This document shows positions 19,822 to 29,911 of a DNA stretch of 64,000 bases, piece after piece. The position numbers and the translations under genes are program-made. The first letter of the stretch is position 1; every line of letters begins with the position of its first letter. The notes below the pieces were generated by a model. It was not told where the DNA came from. It made no database searches and saw only the letters and a list, made by a program, of their open reading frames with translations. This DNA is from Sedimentisphaerales bacterium (GTDB taxonomy: Bacteria; Planctomycetota; Phycisphaerae; Sedimentisphaerales; Anaerobacaceae): NCBI GenBank assembly GCA_040772485.1, contig JAXGYC010000009.1, positions 1 through 64,000 of the forward strand, read 5' to 3'.

Positions 19822-20883
19822 ATGCGAAGGAAGAACCTGGCTCGGACGACTCGCCTGTTTGTTCTGCTGTCTGTTGTGCTGGGAACGTTGCTGCCCCGTG
19901 TGTCACATGCTCTGGACTACGCCATCGGCGCGGACCTTTCGTTTCTCAAGCAGGCGGAGGATCGGGGCACGGTGTTCAAGGACGAAGGGCAGGGCAAGCC
20001 GGGACTTCAGATCTTCAAGGACCATGGCTACAACTGGATTCGCCTGAGGCTGTTCCACACGCCGACGCGCCTGCCGAACGATCTGGCGTACACCATCGCG
20101 CTGGCCCAGGATGCCAAGAAGCTGGGCTATAAGTTCCTGCTTAACTATCACTACTCCGACACCTGGGCCGACCCGGGCAAGCAGTTCATTCCGAAGGCGT
20201 GGGAAGGCAAGTCGCACGCTGAACTGGTCCAGGCGGTGTTCGAGTACACACGCGATACGATCGGCGCCTTTCGCGATGCCAACGCGCTGCCCGACATGGT
20301 CCAGGTTGGCAACGAGATCACTCCCGGCATGCTCTGGCCCGATGGCAAGCTCCCCGACAATTGGGACAACTTCGCCGAACTGCTCAAGGCGGGCATCAAC
20401 GGCGTCGAGGCCGGCCGAGGCGATGGGCCGCGACCGCTCATCATGATCCACATCGACCGCGGCGGCGACGTCAAGACGACCAGGAGCTTCTTCGACAAGC
20501 TGCACTCCTACGACGTGCCCTACGACGTCATCGGCCAGTCGTACTATCCCTGGTGGCACGGCAGCCTGCTGGACCTGCGAGAGAATCTGATCTTCATGGC
20601 CGAGACGTATCGCAAGGACATCATCCTCGTGGAGGTCGCCTACAACTGGCGGCCCGCCGAATACCAGGGCAAGCCCGCGCCCTTCCCCGAAACGCCCGAA
20701 GGGCAGAGGCAATTCCTGGAGGAAGTCCACCGCCTCGTTCTGGCGACACCGCACAACCGGGGCAAGGGCATCTTCTGGTGGGAGCCCGCCGTCACCGGCC
20801 CGCTGGGCCGTCGCGGCATGTTCGACGAGGACGGCAACGCCTTGCCCGTCATCGGCGTGTTCGACAAATACACCCGCCGGTAG
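19822..20883 (+). CDS. Endo-beta-1,4-galactanase (GH53)
   Basis: GADLS, HYSDTWADPGKQ, QVGNE, SYYPWWHG, FWWEP. Confidence 0.93.
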   Translation: MRRKNLARTTRLFVLLSVVLGTLLPRVSHALDYAIGADLSFLKQAEDRGTVFKDEGQGKPGLQIFKDHGYNWIRLRLFHTPTRLPNDLAYTIALAQDAKKLGYKFLLNYHYSDTWADPGKQFIPKAWEGKSHAELVQAVFEYTRDTIGAFRDANALPDMVQVGNEITPGMLWPDGKLPDNWDNFAELLKAGINGVEAGRGDGPRPLIMIHIDRGGDVKTTRSFFDKLHSYDVPYDVIGQSYYPWWHGSLLDLRENLIFMAETYRKDIILVEVAYNWRPAEYQGKPAPFPETPEGQRQFLEEVHRLVLATPHNRGKGIFWWEPAVTGPLGRRGMFDEDGNALPVIGVFDKYTRR

Positions 20884-20908
20884 GGGGCGAATGATTATTC
20901 GCCCCTAC
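20880..20908 (+). repeat. REP family A copy supplying the TAG stop of the GH53 gene
   Basis: GTAGGGGGCGAATGATTATTCGCCCCTAC; TAG at 20881-83. Confidence 0.88.
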
Positions 20909-21187
20909 GGCTGTTCATGCTGTATCAGCCGCACAGGCCCAAGCCCATCCCGCACACGCCTCAGATTCGCCAGAATCCGTATTTCGGTTAACCATAATCC
21001 GCTTTTCGCTCGCGGCCAGGGCCACGGCTCTTGTCTGCGCGGCCGCAATGTGGTACAAGATACTCCGGTCGGAAGTGATTAGTCTGCGGATCGCAGGATG
21101 GGTGATCGACCCGCGCGTCTGGACATGTCTCGATTGCCGCAACGCTTGGGTAGAGAGCCCACCCCACAGAGCATAAGGAGGATTGGT

Positions 21188-24148
21188 ATGTGCATGAGAC
21201 TGTATCTCCCGATTCTGTGCGTTCTGACGTTCCTCGCAATATCGCCCAATGTGGCAACCGCCGCCGAGCCGGACCCCGTCGGTTGGTGGAAGTTCGACGA
21301 CGGCGCAGGCGCCGTCGCCCTGGACTCCAGCGGCAGCGGCAATCACGGCACGATCTTCGGCGATCCGCAATGGATCGCGGGCCAACTGGACGGCGCTTTG
21401 CAGCTCGATGGCACCGGCGACTACATCGAGTTGCCGATCGGCCCGGTGATCGGCACGCTGGAGGAGGTAACGCTGACGCTGTGGGTGAACTGGTCCGGCG
21501 AGGGCGGCGACTGGCAGCGGATTCTGGATATCGGCTCAGGGACTGCCAACTATCTATATCTCTGTCCCAACAACGGTTCGACCAGCGCGATGCGCGTGGC
21601 CATCACCGTCAACAACGGCGTCTGGAACGAGTTCGATTCGAGCGAGGGTCTGCTTCCGCTCGGCTGGCACCATGTGACGATCACCGTCAGCAGCAGTGCG
21701 AAGAGGATGGAATTGTACCTCGACGGCGAGAGCGTCGGCTCGATGGCGAACATCACCAACACCGTCAATGCGCTGGGCGAAACCACGCAGAACTGGATCG
21801 GCCGGTCGCAGTACGATGCCGATCCGTATTTCAACGGTGCCGTGGACGACCTGCGGATCTACAACGTCGTGTTGTCGGACCGCCAGATTCAGACCGTGAT
21901 GAGCGGCCTCAGTACCGGCCTTGCATCGGGACCCGTGCCGGCGAACGAGGCGATCGATGTGCCTCGGGAAATGGTCCTGGGTTGGACGGCGGGCCAGTTC
22001 GCGGCAGCGCACGACGTATACTTCGGGACCTCGTTCGCCGATGTGGATGCGGCGAGCCGGGGCAATGCGCTGGGGGTGCTGGTCAGCCAGGCTCAGGCGG
22101 GGCTGACGTACACGCCGGCGGCTCGTCTGGAGTTCTCGACGACCTATTACTGGCGCATCGACGAGGTCAACGCGGCGCCGGACAACGCGGTCTTCAAGGG
22201 CGAGGTGTGGAGCTTCACCACCGAGCCGTTCACCTATCCGGTGGCGAATATCATCGCCACGAGCAACGCGCCAAGCATCGAGGAGGGCACCGGGCCGGAG
22301 AATACGGTCAACGGTTCCGGACTCGACGCCGACGGCAAGCACTCGATCCAGCCCACGGATATGTGGCTGGCCGGCAGCGCCGGTGAGCCGGTGTGGCTCC
22401 AGTGCGAGTTCGACGGCGTCTACAAGATTCACGAGATGCGGGTCTGGAACTACAACGTGATGTTCGAGCTGATGCTCGGGTTCGGGTTCAAGGACACCAC
22501 CGTCGAGTACTCCACCGACGGCGAGACCTGGACGACACTGGGCGACTTCGTGTTTGCGCGCGGCACGGCCAAGACGGGCTACGAGGCCAACACGATCGTG
22601 GACTTCCAGGGCCAGGCGGTCAAGTACGTCCGCCTGACGGCCCAGAGCGGCTACGGGATGATGGGTCAGTTCGGGCTCAGCGAGGTCCAGTTCATGTACA
22701 TCCCCGTGGTGGCCCGCGAGCCGCAGCCGGAGTCCGGGGCGACGGACGTGGAGGTCGGGGCGGTGCTGGATTGGCGTTCCGGCCGCGAGGCGGCTTCGCA
22801 CCAGGTGTACCTGGGCACGGATGAAGCCGCCGTTGTTGATGGCACAGCGCTGGCCGGCACGGTGTCCGACAGCCGCTACGATCCCGGCGTGCTGACGATG
22901 GATGCGACCTACTACTGGAGGATCGACGAGGTCAACGAGGCCGAGGCGATCGCCACGTGGGCGGGTCCCGTCTGGAGCTTCTCGACGCAGGAATTCGTCG
23001 TGGTGGACGACTTCGAGGGCTACAACGACGACGTCGAGGCCGGCACGGCGATCTTCGACACCTGGCTGGACGGCTGGACGAATGGGACCGGCTCGACGGT
23101 GGGCTACATGAACGCTCCGTTCGCCGAGCAGGCGGTGATTCACTCCGGCGAGCAGTCGATGCCGCTGTACTACGAGGGCAATTCGCAGGCGGACTTCACG
23201 ATGGCCGGCTCGCAGGATTGGACCGCCGGAGGCGCCACGACGCTGGTGCTGTACTTCCGGGGCTCGGCCGACAACGGGGCCGGGCAGTTCTACGCGATGA
23301 TCAACGACAAGAAGCTGACCTATCCGGGCGGCCTGACGAGTCCGGTGTGGAAGCAGTGGAACATCGATCTGGCCTCGGTCGGGACGAACCTGGCGAAGGT
23401 CGCGTCGTTCAGCGTGGGCGTGGACGGCAGCGGCTCGGGCCTGCTGTTCGTGGACGACATCCGTCTGTATCGGGAGGCGCCGGAGATGGTTGCTCCGGCC
23501 GATCCGGGCACGACGGGCCTGGCGGCGTACTACCAGATGGAAGGCAACGTGCAGGACAGCTCGGGCAACAACCGCAACGGCACCGCGTTCAACGATCCGA
23601 CGTACGCCGCAGCGCCGACGGGCTTCGGCCAGGCGATCCAGTTCGATGGATTCGCCGACTATGTGGAGCTGCCGATCGGTTCGGTGATCGCCTCGGCGCA
23701 GAGCATGACGATCTCGACCCGCGTGCTGTTCGCCGGGACGGGCAACACCTGGCAGCGGATCTTCGACTTCGGGACCGGGGCGACGGCGTACATGTTCCTG
23801 AGCCCGAACAACGGGGCGACGAACAGTCCTCGGTTCGCGATCACGACCAGTGCGGGGGCGGGCGAGTCGGTCGTGACGGCGCCTCAGGGTCTGGCGGAAG
23901 GCTGGCACCACATCGCGGTGGTGATCGATGCGGCGAGCATGACGGTGACGTTGTACGTGGACGGCGAGGCGGCCGACAGCACGGCGACGACGACGCTGCC
24001 GGCGGACCTGGGCGCTACGACGCAGAACTGGCTGGCGCGTTCGCAGTACACGGCCGATCCGTACTTTGCCGGCTCGCTGGACGAGTTCCAGATCTTCACG
24101 CGGGCGTTGTCGGTCGGCGAGATCCGCTACCTGGCCGGCGACCGGTAG
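21188..24148 (+). CDS. Secreted LamG / discoidin(F5/8) multidomain protein
   Basis: AAGGAGG RBS; terminal LamG domains (WQRIxDxG, WHH, TTQNW..RSQY.ADPYF.G..D); repeated YYWRIDEVN modules; central discoidin-like domain. Confidence 0.85.
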   Translation: MCMRLYLPILCVLTFLAISPNVATAAEPDPVGWWKFDDGAGAVALDSSGSGNHGTIFGDPQWIAGQLDGALQLDGTGDYIELPIGPVIGTLEEVTLTLWVNWSGEGGDWQRILDIGSGTANYLYLCPNNGSTSAMRVAITVNNGVWNEFDSSEGLLPLGWHHVTITVSSSAKRMELYLDGESVGSMANITNTVNALGETTQNWIGRSQYDADPYFNGAVDDLRIYNVVLSDRQIQTVMSGLSTGLASGPVPANEAIDVPREMVLGWTAGQFAAAHDVYFGTSFADVDAASRGNALGVLVSQAQAGLTYTPAARLEFSTTYYWRIDEVNAAPDNAVFKGEVWSFTTEPFTYPVANIIATSNAPSIEEGTGPENTVNGSGLDADGKHSIQPTDMWLAGSAGEPVWLQCEFDGVYKIHEMRVWNYNVMFELMLGFGFKDTTVEYSTDGETWTTLGDFVFARGTAKTGYEANTIVDFQGQAVKYVRLTAQSGYGMMGQFGLSEVQFMYIPVVAREPQPESGATDVEVGAVLDWRSGREAASHQVYLGTDEAAVVDGTALAGTVSDSRYDPGVLTMDATYYWRIDEVNEAEAIATWAGPVWSFSTQEFVVVDDFEGYNDDVEAGTAIFDTWLDGWTNGTGSTVGYMNAPFAEQAVIHSGEQSMPLYYEGNSQADFTMAGSQDWTAGGATTLVLYFRGSADNGAGQFYAMINDKKLTYPGGLTSPVWKQWNIDLASVGTNLAKVASFSVGVDGSGSGLLFVDDIRLYREAPEMVAPADPGTTGLAAYYQMEGNVQDSSGNNRNGTAFNDPTYAAAPTGFGQAIQFDGFADYVELPIGSVIASAQSMTISTRVLFAGTGNTWQRIFDFGTGATAYMFLSPNNGATNSPRFAITTSAGAGESVVTAPQGLAEGWHHIAVVIDAASMTVTLYVDGEAADSTATTTLPADLGATTQNWLARSQYTADPYFAGSLDEFQIFTRALSVGEIRYLAGDR

Positions 24149-24181
24149 CCGGTCCATCCGGACACAGACGTAGAATCGTAC

Positions 24182-24225
24182 ACGGGGCCTGGAATCCCGA
24201 TCCCCATCGGGGTCCCAGGCCCCGT
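24182..24225. repeat. Long GC-rich hairpin (terminator or REP-like)
   Basis: ACGGGGCCTGG / CCAGGCCCCGT outer stem with inner CCCGAT/ATCGGG stem. Confidence 0.6.
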
Positions 24226-24246
24226 CTCTATGGCGCCAGTCCGGTT

Positions 24247-24274
24247 TTGCGGCAAGGGCCGATTGTGGTATAAT
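24247..24274 (+). promoter_or_regulatory. Sigma70 promoter with extended -10
   Basis: TTGCGG-N16-TATAAT with TGG directly upstream of the -10. Confidence 0.7.
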
Positions 24275-24314
24275 GAGGTTGTCATAAGGAAAGGTTCGTA
24301 GAACAGGAGTGGCG

Positions 24315-27300
24315 ATGATCTCAATCCACGTGACGCCCTCGATTTCGGGGGCGGCGGCGCGATGCCGATTGTGGATCGGCGACTGCGGATTTCGGATCTG
24401 CCTCGGCGTGGCAATCCGCAATCCGCGATCCGCAATCCACAATCGAAAGGGGTGGTTGGCGGCGGCGGTGCTCATGCTGTGCGCCGTTGCGCGGGCGGGG
24501 GCCGGGCTGGTTGTCATCAACGAGATTCACTGCAATCCCGACGACGAGAGCGAGCGGGTGGAGTTCGTCGAGCTGCACAACGGCGGCGCGGATGACGCCG
24601 ATCTGTCCGGCTGGTACTTCGACAAGGGCGTATCATACGTCTTTCCTCAAGGAACCACACTGCCGGCAGGGGGTTATCTCATCGTCACGGAGAGCCCGGA
24701 AGCGGCTCACGCCAAGTGGAGCGTCGGTCGATTCAGCCTGCCGGCCGATCTTGTGGTGGGACCCTATGAAGGCCGATTGAGTAACGAGGGGGAGAACCTG
24801 GTGCTGTGCAACGCCTCCGGCGAGATCGAAGACCAGGTCGATTACCGGATCGGGTTCCCCTGGCCCACCGTCGGCGACCCCGTTCCAACCAATACCAGCG
24901 GCACCGCCTATTCCATGCAACTGGTGCATCCGGATCTGGACAACCGCATCGCCGGCAACTGGCGTTCGGCAAGTCCTACGCCGACGGCGATGAACCATGC
25001 AGTGTATTCCGAGAACGTCGGCCCGTACATGGACGAGGTCCGGCACGAGCCCGGGCAGCCGCTTTCGGGCCAGCCGGTGACGGTGACCATCAGGGTGACC
25101 GATCCCGACGGCGTCATTGGCGTCGCCCTGGAGTATCAGGTGGTCACGCCGGGCAAGTACATCCCGGCGTTCCTCCCGATTTCCCAGGCCGTTCTCGATG
25201 ACAATCCGGATGCGCCGCCGGCGCCGAATCCTCGGTATCACGACTCCGCCGACTGGATACAGGTCTTTCTGCGCGACGATGGCGCCGATGGCGATGCGAT
25301 CGCGGGCGATCACGTTTACACGGCGACGCTGCCCGGCCAGTCGAACCGGACGCTGGTGCGATACCGCATCGAGGCGATGGATCTGTTGGGCAAGGGGGCC
25401 ATGGCTCCTCGCGCCGACGATGCGGCGCTGAACTTCGCCTACTTCGTCTACGATGGTGTCCCGGACTACGAGGGGTTCTCCTCCGAGATGCTTCAGTCGC
25501 TTCCGGTGCACTTGCTTCTGACCCGCAGCGAGGACATGCGCCAGGCCTCGGACGAGGAGATTCCGCAGTCCGCGGCCGCCGGCTCCAATCCGGCCCGGTT
25601 TGTCTACAACTGGTCTGGCACATTCATCTACGACGGCGTGGTCTACGACAACATCCGCTATCGTCTGCGCGGAGCCAACGGCCGCTACCTGGGCGGCAGC
25701 ACGAAACGCAGCATGCGGTTCCGCTTCAACCGCGGCCACTATTTCCAGGCCACAGACGCCGACGGCGAGCCGTATCCCGCTAAGTGGCGGACGCTGACCA
25801 CGGCCAAGGGTTTCGACAACCGCCTGACTCTGACCTATTCGCTCAACGAGCACATCAACTTCCACCTGTTCAACAAGCTCGGCGTGCCCGCTCCGTACTC
25901 GTACTATTTCCACTTCCGCGTGGTGGACGGCGCCGAGGAGACCCCCGATCCCTGGCATGGGGATTTCTGGGGCCTGGGATTCGCACAGGAGGCGTACGAC
26001 AGCGACTTCCTCGATGTGCACGGGCTGGAGAGGGGCAATCTCTACAAGCTGATCAACTCCACCACCGATGCCAAGGCCCAGCAGCGCTATCAGGCGCCGG
26101 GCGCGGTGATGGACGGCTCGGACCATGACAACATCCAGCGCAACCTCACTGCCTACAGCACGACACAGTTCATCCGCAACCACGTCCGTCTCGACAAGTG
26201 GTACGTCTATCACGCGCTGTGCCAGGCGATTCGACACTACGACTACTGGCCCACCGCCAACAAGAACGCGGCGTGGTACTTCGAGCCGGTCTACACGCCC
26301 CAGAACAACTTTCTCGGCCTGATGTGGACGCTGCCCTGGGACACCGACGCGACGTGGGGACCGACCTGGAACGACGGCCACGACGTCGTCTACAACAGCG
26401 TCTTCGGGACTGGCGGCGGCCGGGCAGAACTGCAGACGGATTATTTCAACGCGGTCCGCGAGATTCGCGACCTGCTCTGGCAGCCGGACCAGATCGAGCC
26501 ATTGATTGATGAATTCGCCGCACCGATTGCCGAGTTCGTCGAGGCCGACCGAAAGCGGTGGCTGAACGCGCCGTCCGATGCGGGCAACTACAATGGTCTG
26601 GGCGGGGCCGGCAAGAACGGCATCGCCGCTCTGGTTCGAGACATGAAGAACTTCGCGTTCACAGGCGGCAGTTGGCCCGGCGGCAGCGTCGGCGCGGGCG
26701 GTCGCGCCGCTTTTCTTGATTCGCTCGTCGATGGGACCGAGGGGGATTCGATTCCGCGCACGCCGACAGTGACGTACGTGGGCGAGCCCGGATTCCCGAC
26801 CAATGCCTTGCGGTTTCAGACGTCCGCCTTTTCCGATCCGCAGGGGGCGCAGACCTTCGCCGCCATGAAATGGCGCATCGCGGAGGTCTCACCGGACACG
26901 CAGGGGCCTGCGCAGCCGGACAGCCTCACGCTCGTGCCGGACCGAGCGTCGTGGCGCTATCTGAAAGGCTTGGCTGAACCGTCGGCTACCACTGGAGCTT
27001 GGCGCCAGGCCGGCTTCGATGACTCTATGTGGCCGACGGGCCCGACGCCCATCGGGTACGGCGAGGCGTTCATCGCCACGAACCTCGCCGACATGCAGGG
27101 GCGCTACACGACGGTGTATGCGCGGAAGCAGTTCAACGTGTCCGACCCTGCCGCACTCGACGGCTTGCTTGTCGATGTGCAGTACGATGACGGCATCGTC
27201 GTCTGGATCAACGGTCGACTTGCCGTCCATGAGAACGTCGCATCGGCCGAACCGCCTCACGGCGCCACGGCGGAAAGCGCCATCGAGAGTTCCGATTTCG

Positions 27301-28220
27301 TGTCTTATACTCTTGCGGACCCGGCCGCGTACCTGGTCGAAGGGACGAACACGATCGCGGTTCAACTGCTCAACGCCTCTCTGGCCGGCAGTTCCGACTG
27401 CTTCTTCGATTTGCGTCTGATCGTGCATCTGGGTTCGCAGGAACCGTCGCAGGACGGCGGGGCCGTGGAGACAGGCGCTCGCAAGTACGAGATCGAGGCC
27501 GTCTGGGAGAGCGCCGAGTCCGTGACGTTCGAGCCCGAAGTCACGATTCCGGCCGGTGCGGTCCGGGCCGGACGGACCTATCGGGTTCGCTGCCGCATGA
27601 AGGACAATACCGGTCGATGGAGCCACTGGTCCGATCCCGTGCAGTTTGAGGCGGGCGAATCCCTTTCGGTTGACTCGGGGACCGGGCTGCGGATTACGGA
27701 GCTGATGTACAATCCGCCGGTTTTGGCCTCTGAGCCCGACATCGACAATGAGGAGTTCGAGTTCATCGAGCTGAAGAACACAGGCGATGAGGTCTTGGAC
27801 CTGTCGGACGTCTCTTTCGTCGAAGGAATCGAGTTCGATTTTCGCGATGGGGACATCACGATGCTCCCGCCGGGCGAATTCGTTCTGATCGTCCGCAACC
27901 GAGAGGCCTTCGTGTCATATTACGGTCCTGAGATGTCGGCCCTGATCGCGGGGCAGTACGAGGGCAAGCTGGCCAACGAAGGGGAGAGCATCCGGCTGGT
28001 GGACTTCTGGAGCGGCGCGATTGCCGAGTTCGCCTATGATGACACCGACGGCTGGCCCGCACTGGCCGATGGCGCGGGCCACTCTCTGGTGCCGCTGCCT
28101 TCGGCCATACCTGAGCAATCGGTAGGGGCGAATGATTATTCGTCCCTGCTCCGAGACCCGGCAAACTGGCGCGACAGCACGTACATCGGCGGCTCGCCGG
28201 GGATGGATGATCCCCTGTAG
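24315..28220 (+). CDS. Lamin-tail-domain / CotH-kinase-family secreted protein
   Basis: VVINEIH..P and ITELMYNP lamin-tail starts, EFVEL.N; central CotH-like region (YRLRG, KN.AWY, LPWDTDATW); YDDG..VWING domain. Confidence 0.82.
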   Translation: MISIHVTPSISGAAARCRLWIGDCGFRICLGVAIRNPRSAIHNRKGWLAAAVLMLCAVARAGAGLVVINEIHCNPDDESERVEFVELHNGGADDADLSGWYFDKGVSYVFPQGTTLPAGGYLIVTESPEAAHAKWSVGRFSLPADLVVGPYEGRLSNEGENLVLCNASGEIEDQVDYRIGFPWPTVGDPVPTNTSGTAYSMQLVHPDLDNRIAGNWRSASPTPTAMNHAVYSENVGPYMDEVRHEPGQPLSGQPVTVTIRVTDPDGVIGVALEYQVVTPGKYIPAFLPISQAVLDDNPDAPPAPNPRYHDSADWIQVFLRDDGADGDAIAGDHVYTATLPGQSNRTLVRYRIEAMDLLGKGAMAPRADDAALNFAYFVYDGVPDYEGFSSEMLQSLPVHLLLTRSEDMRQASDEEIPQSAAAGSNPARFVYNWSGTFIYDGVVYDNIRYRLRGANGRYLGGSTKRSMRFRFNRGHYFQATDADGEPYPAKWRTLTTAKGFDNRLTLTYSLNEHINFHLFNKLGVPAPYSYYFHFRVVDGAEETPDPWHGDFWGLGFAQEAYDSDFLDVHGLERGNLYKLINSTTDAKAQQRYQAPGAVMDGSDHDNIQRNLTAYSTTQFIRNHVRLDKWYVYHALCQAIRHYDYWPTANKNAAWYFEPVYTPQNNFLGLMWTLPWDTDATWGPTWNDGHDVVYNSVFGTGGGRAELQTDYFNAVREIRDLLWQPDQIEPLIDEFAAPIAEFVEADRKRWLNAPSDAGNYNGLGGAGKNGIAALVRDMKNFAFTGGSWPGGSVGAGGRAAFLDSLVDGTEGDSIPRTPTVTYVGEPGFPTNALRFQTSAFSDPQGAQTFAAMKWRIAEVSPDTQGPAQPDSLTLVPDRASWRYLKGLAEPSATTGAWRQAGFDDSMWPTGPTPIGYGEAFIATNLADMQGRYTTVYARKQFNVSDPAALDGLLVDVQYDDGIVVWINGRLAVHENVASAEPPHGATAESAIESSDFVSYTLADPAAYLVEGTNTIAVQLLNASLAGSSDCFFDLRLIVHLGSQEPSQDGGAVETGARKYEIEAVWESAESVTFEPEVTIPAGAVRAGRTYRVRCRMKDNTGRWSHWSDPVQFEAGESLSVDSGTGLRITELMYNPPVLASEPDIDNEEFEFIELKNTGDEVLDLSDVSFVEGIEFDFRDGDITMLPPGEFVLIVRNREAFVSYYGPEMSALIAGQYEGKLANEGESIRLVDFWSGAIAEFAYDDTDGWPALADGAGHSLVPLPSAIPEQSVGANDYSSLLRDPANWRDSTYIGGSPGMDDPL
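24366..24445. repeat. Inverted heptamer arrays (GATTGCG-like / AATCCGC) forming a hairpin in the CotH-gene N-terminus
   Basis: CGATTGTGGAT (24366-76) pairs with ATCCACAATCG (24435-45); AATCCGC-AATCCGC-GATCCGC-AATCCAC. Confidence 0.8.
28122..28149 (+). repeat. REP family A copy in frame inside the CotH gene
   Basis: GTAGGGGCGAATGATTATTCGTCCCTGC, read as VGANDYSSL. Confidence 0.85.
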
Positions 28221-28238
28221 ACCTCTCGCTCTTGGCGC

Positions 28239-28267
28239 TTGTCGGCATACCGCGATCCTGATACCAT
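28239..28267 (+). promoter_or_regulatory. Putative sigma70 promoter of the GH28 gene
   Basis: TTGTCG-N17-TACCAT with TG extension. Confidence 0.5.
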
Positions 28268-28282
28268 TGACTCGGCCAGTTC

Positions 28283-28310
28283 GTAGGGGCGACGCATGCG
28301 TCGCCCCTGC
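28283..28310 (+). repeat. GTAG-type REP variant in the GH28 5' UTR
   Basis: GTAGGGGCGACGCATGCGTCGCCCCTGC, near-perfect palindrome. Confidence 0.85.
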
Positions 28311-28331
28311 AACTTGAATGAGGATTCTGTC

Positions 28332-29759
28332 ATGCGATCGATTCCAATCATACTGCTGCTGAGTCTCAGTGCCGGCTTGGCAGCACAGCCCAGGGAAGAG
28401 GCAATGCCCATGCAGGAATGGACCAGACAGGTGGGCGCTCAGACGAGGCCCGACAAGACCGAGACGTTCAACGTGACCGACTACGGCGCAGTCGCCGACG
28501 GCCGGACGCTCAACACGAGAGCCATTCAGGCCGCGATCGACGCCTGCGAGGCCAAGGGCGGCGGCGTCGTGACGTTCGGTCCCGGAGCGTATCTGACCGG
28601 CTCGATCTTCGTCAAGCAGGGCGTGACGCTTCGCATCGACAAGGGCGTCGAGATCCTCGGCAGCCAGGACCTGGCGGACTATCCCGATATCGACACGCGC
28701 GTCGCCGGCATCGAGATGCGCTGGCCCGCCGCGCTGGTCAACGTCTGCGACCAGGACAACGCGGCAATCGTCGGGGAAGGGCTCATTAACGCCCGGGGCA
28801 AGCCGTTCTGGGACAAGTACTGGACCATGCGGCGGGAAGAATACGAACCCAGAGGGCTTCGCTGGATCGTGGATTACGACTGCAAGCGTCCGCGCACGCT
28901 CCTGGTGTCGAACAGCTCAAACGTCACGGTACAGGGCATCACACTCCAGCAGGCGGCGTTCTGGACGGTTCACATTCTCTACTCCAGGCACGTCACGGTC
29001 GACGGCGTGGTGATCCGCAATAATGTGGACGGCCACGGGCCGAGCACGGACGGGATCGACATCGACTCGTCCTCGTTCATTCTGGTGGAGAACTGCGACA
29101 TCGACTGCAATGACGACAATTTCTGTCTGAAGGCCGGCCGGGACGCCGACGGGCTGAGAGTGAACCGGCCCACTGAGTATGTTGTCATTCGCCACTGCGT
29201 TTCGCGAGCGGGCGGGGGCCTGATCACCTGCGGCAGCGAGACCTCCGGCGGCATCCGACATGTTCTGGCCCACCACCTTACAGCCAAGGGCACCGGCGTC
29301 GGCCTGCGATTCAAGTCGGCGCAGACGCGCGGCGGGACGGTCGAGGACATCCATCTCGAAGATATCGAGATGGACGGCGTCGGCACTGTGCTTGAAGTGT
29401 CGGTGAACTGGAATCCGAGCTACAGCTACTCGACGCTGCCCGAGGGGTACACGTACGAGACGCTCCCGCCGCACTGGAAGACCATGCTGCAGAAGGTCGA
29501 GCCACCCCAGCGGGGGATTCCCGAGGTCAAAGACGTCCACGTCTCGCGGATCCGCGCATCCGGCGCCCGGCGAGCCATCAGCGCCTCCGGCATGAGGATA
29601 TCCATCCTGAAGGATTTCCACCTCAACGATGTCCGGATCGAAGCGGACACGGCGGGACAGGTCATGTTCGCGAAGGGCTGGCGCTTCAACAACGTCTCGA
29701 TCCAGACCAAAGAGGACCGCAAGCTCGACGTCCAGGGCTGCGAGGACATGAAGCTCTGA
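28332..29759 (+). CDS. Glycoside hydrolase family 28 (polygalacturonase/rhamnogalacturonase-like)
   Basis: STDGIDIDSS, NDDNFCLKAGRD, GSETSGGI, RFKS. Confidence 0.92.
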   Translation: MRSIPIILLLSLSAGLAAQPREEAMPMQEWTRQVGAQTRPDKTETFNVTDYGAVADGRTLNTRAIQAAIDACEAKGGGVVTFGPGAYLTGSIFVKQGVTLRIDKGVEILGSQDLADYPDIDTRVAGIEMRWPAALVNVCDQDNAAIVGEGLINARGKPFWDKYWTMRREEYEPRGLRWIVDYDCKRPRTLLVSNSSNVTVQGITLQQAAFWTVHILYSRHVTVDGVVIRNNVDGHGPSTDGIDIDSSSFILVENCDIDCNDDNFCLKAGRDADGLRVNRPTEYVVIRHCVSRAGGGLITCGSETSGGIRHVLAHHLTAKGTGVGLRFKSAQTRGGTVEDIHLEDIEMDGVGTVLEVSVNWNPSYSYSTLPEGYTYETLPPHWKTMLQKVEPPQRGIPEVKDVHVSRIRASGARRAISASGMRISILKDFHLNDVRIEADTAGQVMFAKGWRFNNVSIQTKEDRKLDVQGCEDMKL

Positions 29760-29794
29760 ATGGAGTTCCCCATAGTCCTCGCACGGCAACGATT

Positions 29795-29886
29795 CTGTCC
29801 TCCTGAGCCTTGCGAAGGATCTGGCCACGAGACAAGTGGTTTTCCTCTTTCACAGCCCGGATCTTTCACTTCGTTCAAGATGACAG
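29795..29886. repeat. REPIN/MITE-like inverted-repeat element between convergent genes
   Basis: CTGTCCTCCTGAGCCTTGCGAAGGATCT ... GGATCTTTCACTTCGTTCAAGATGACAG, imperfect inverted arms. Confidence 0.7.
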
Positions 29887-29911
29887 AGCGGATTGTGGTC
29901 TATGTCCGATA

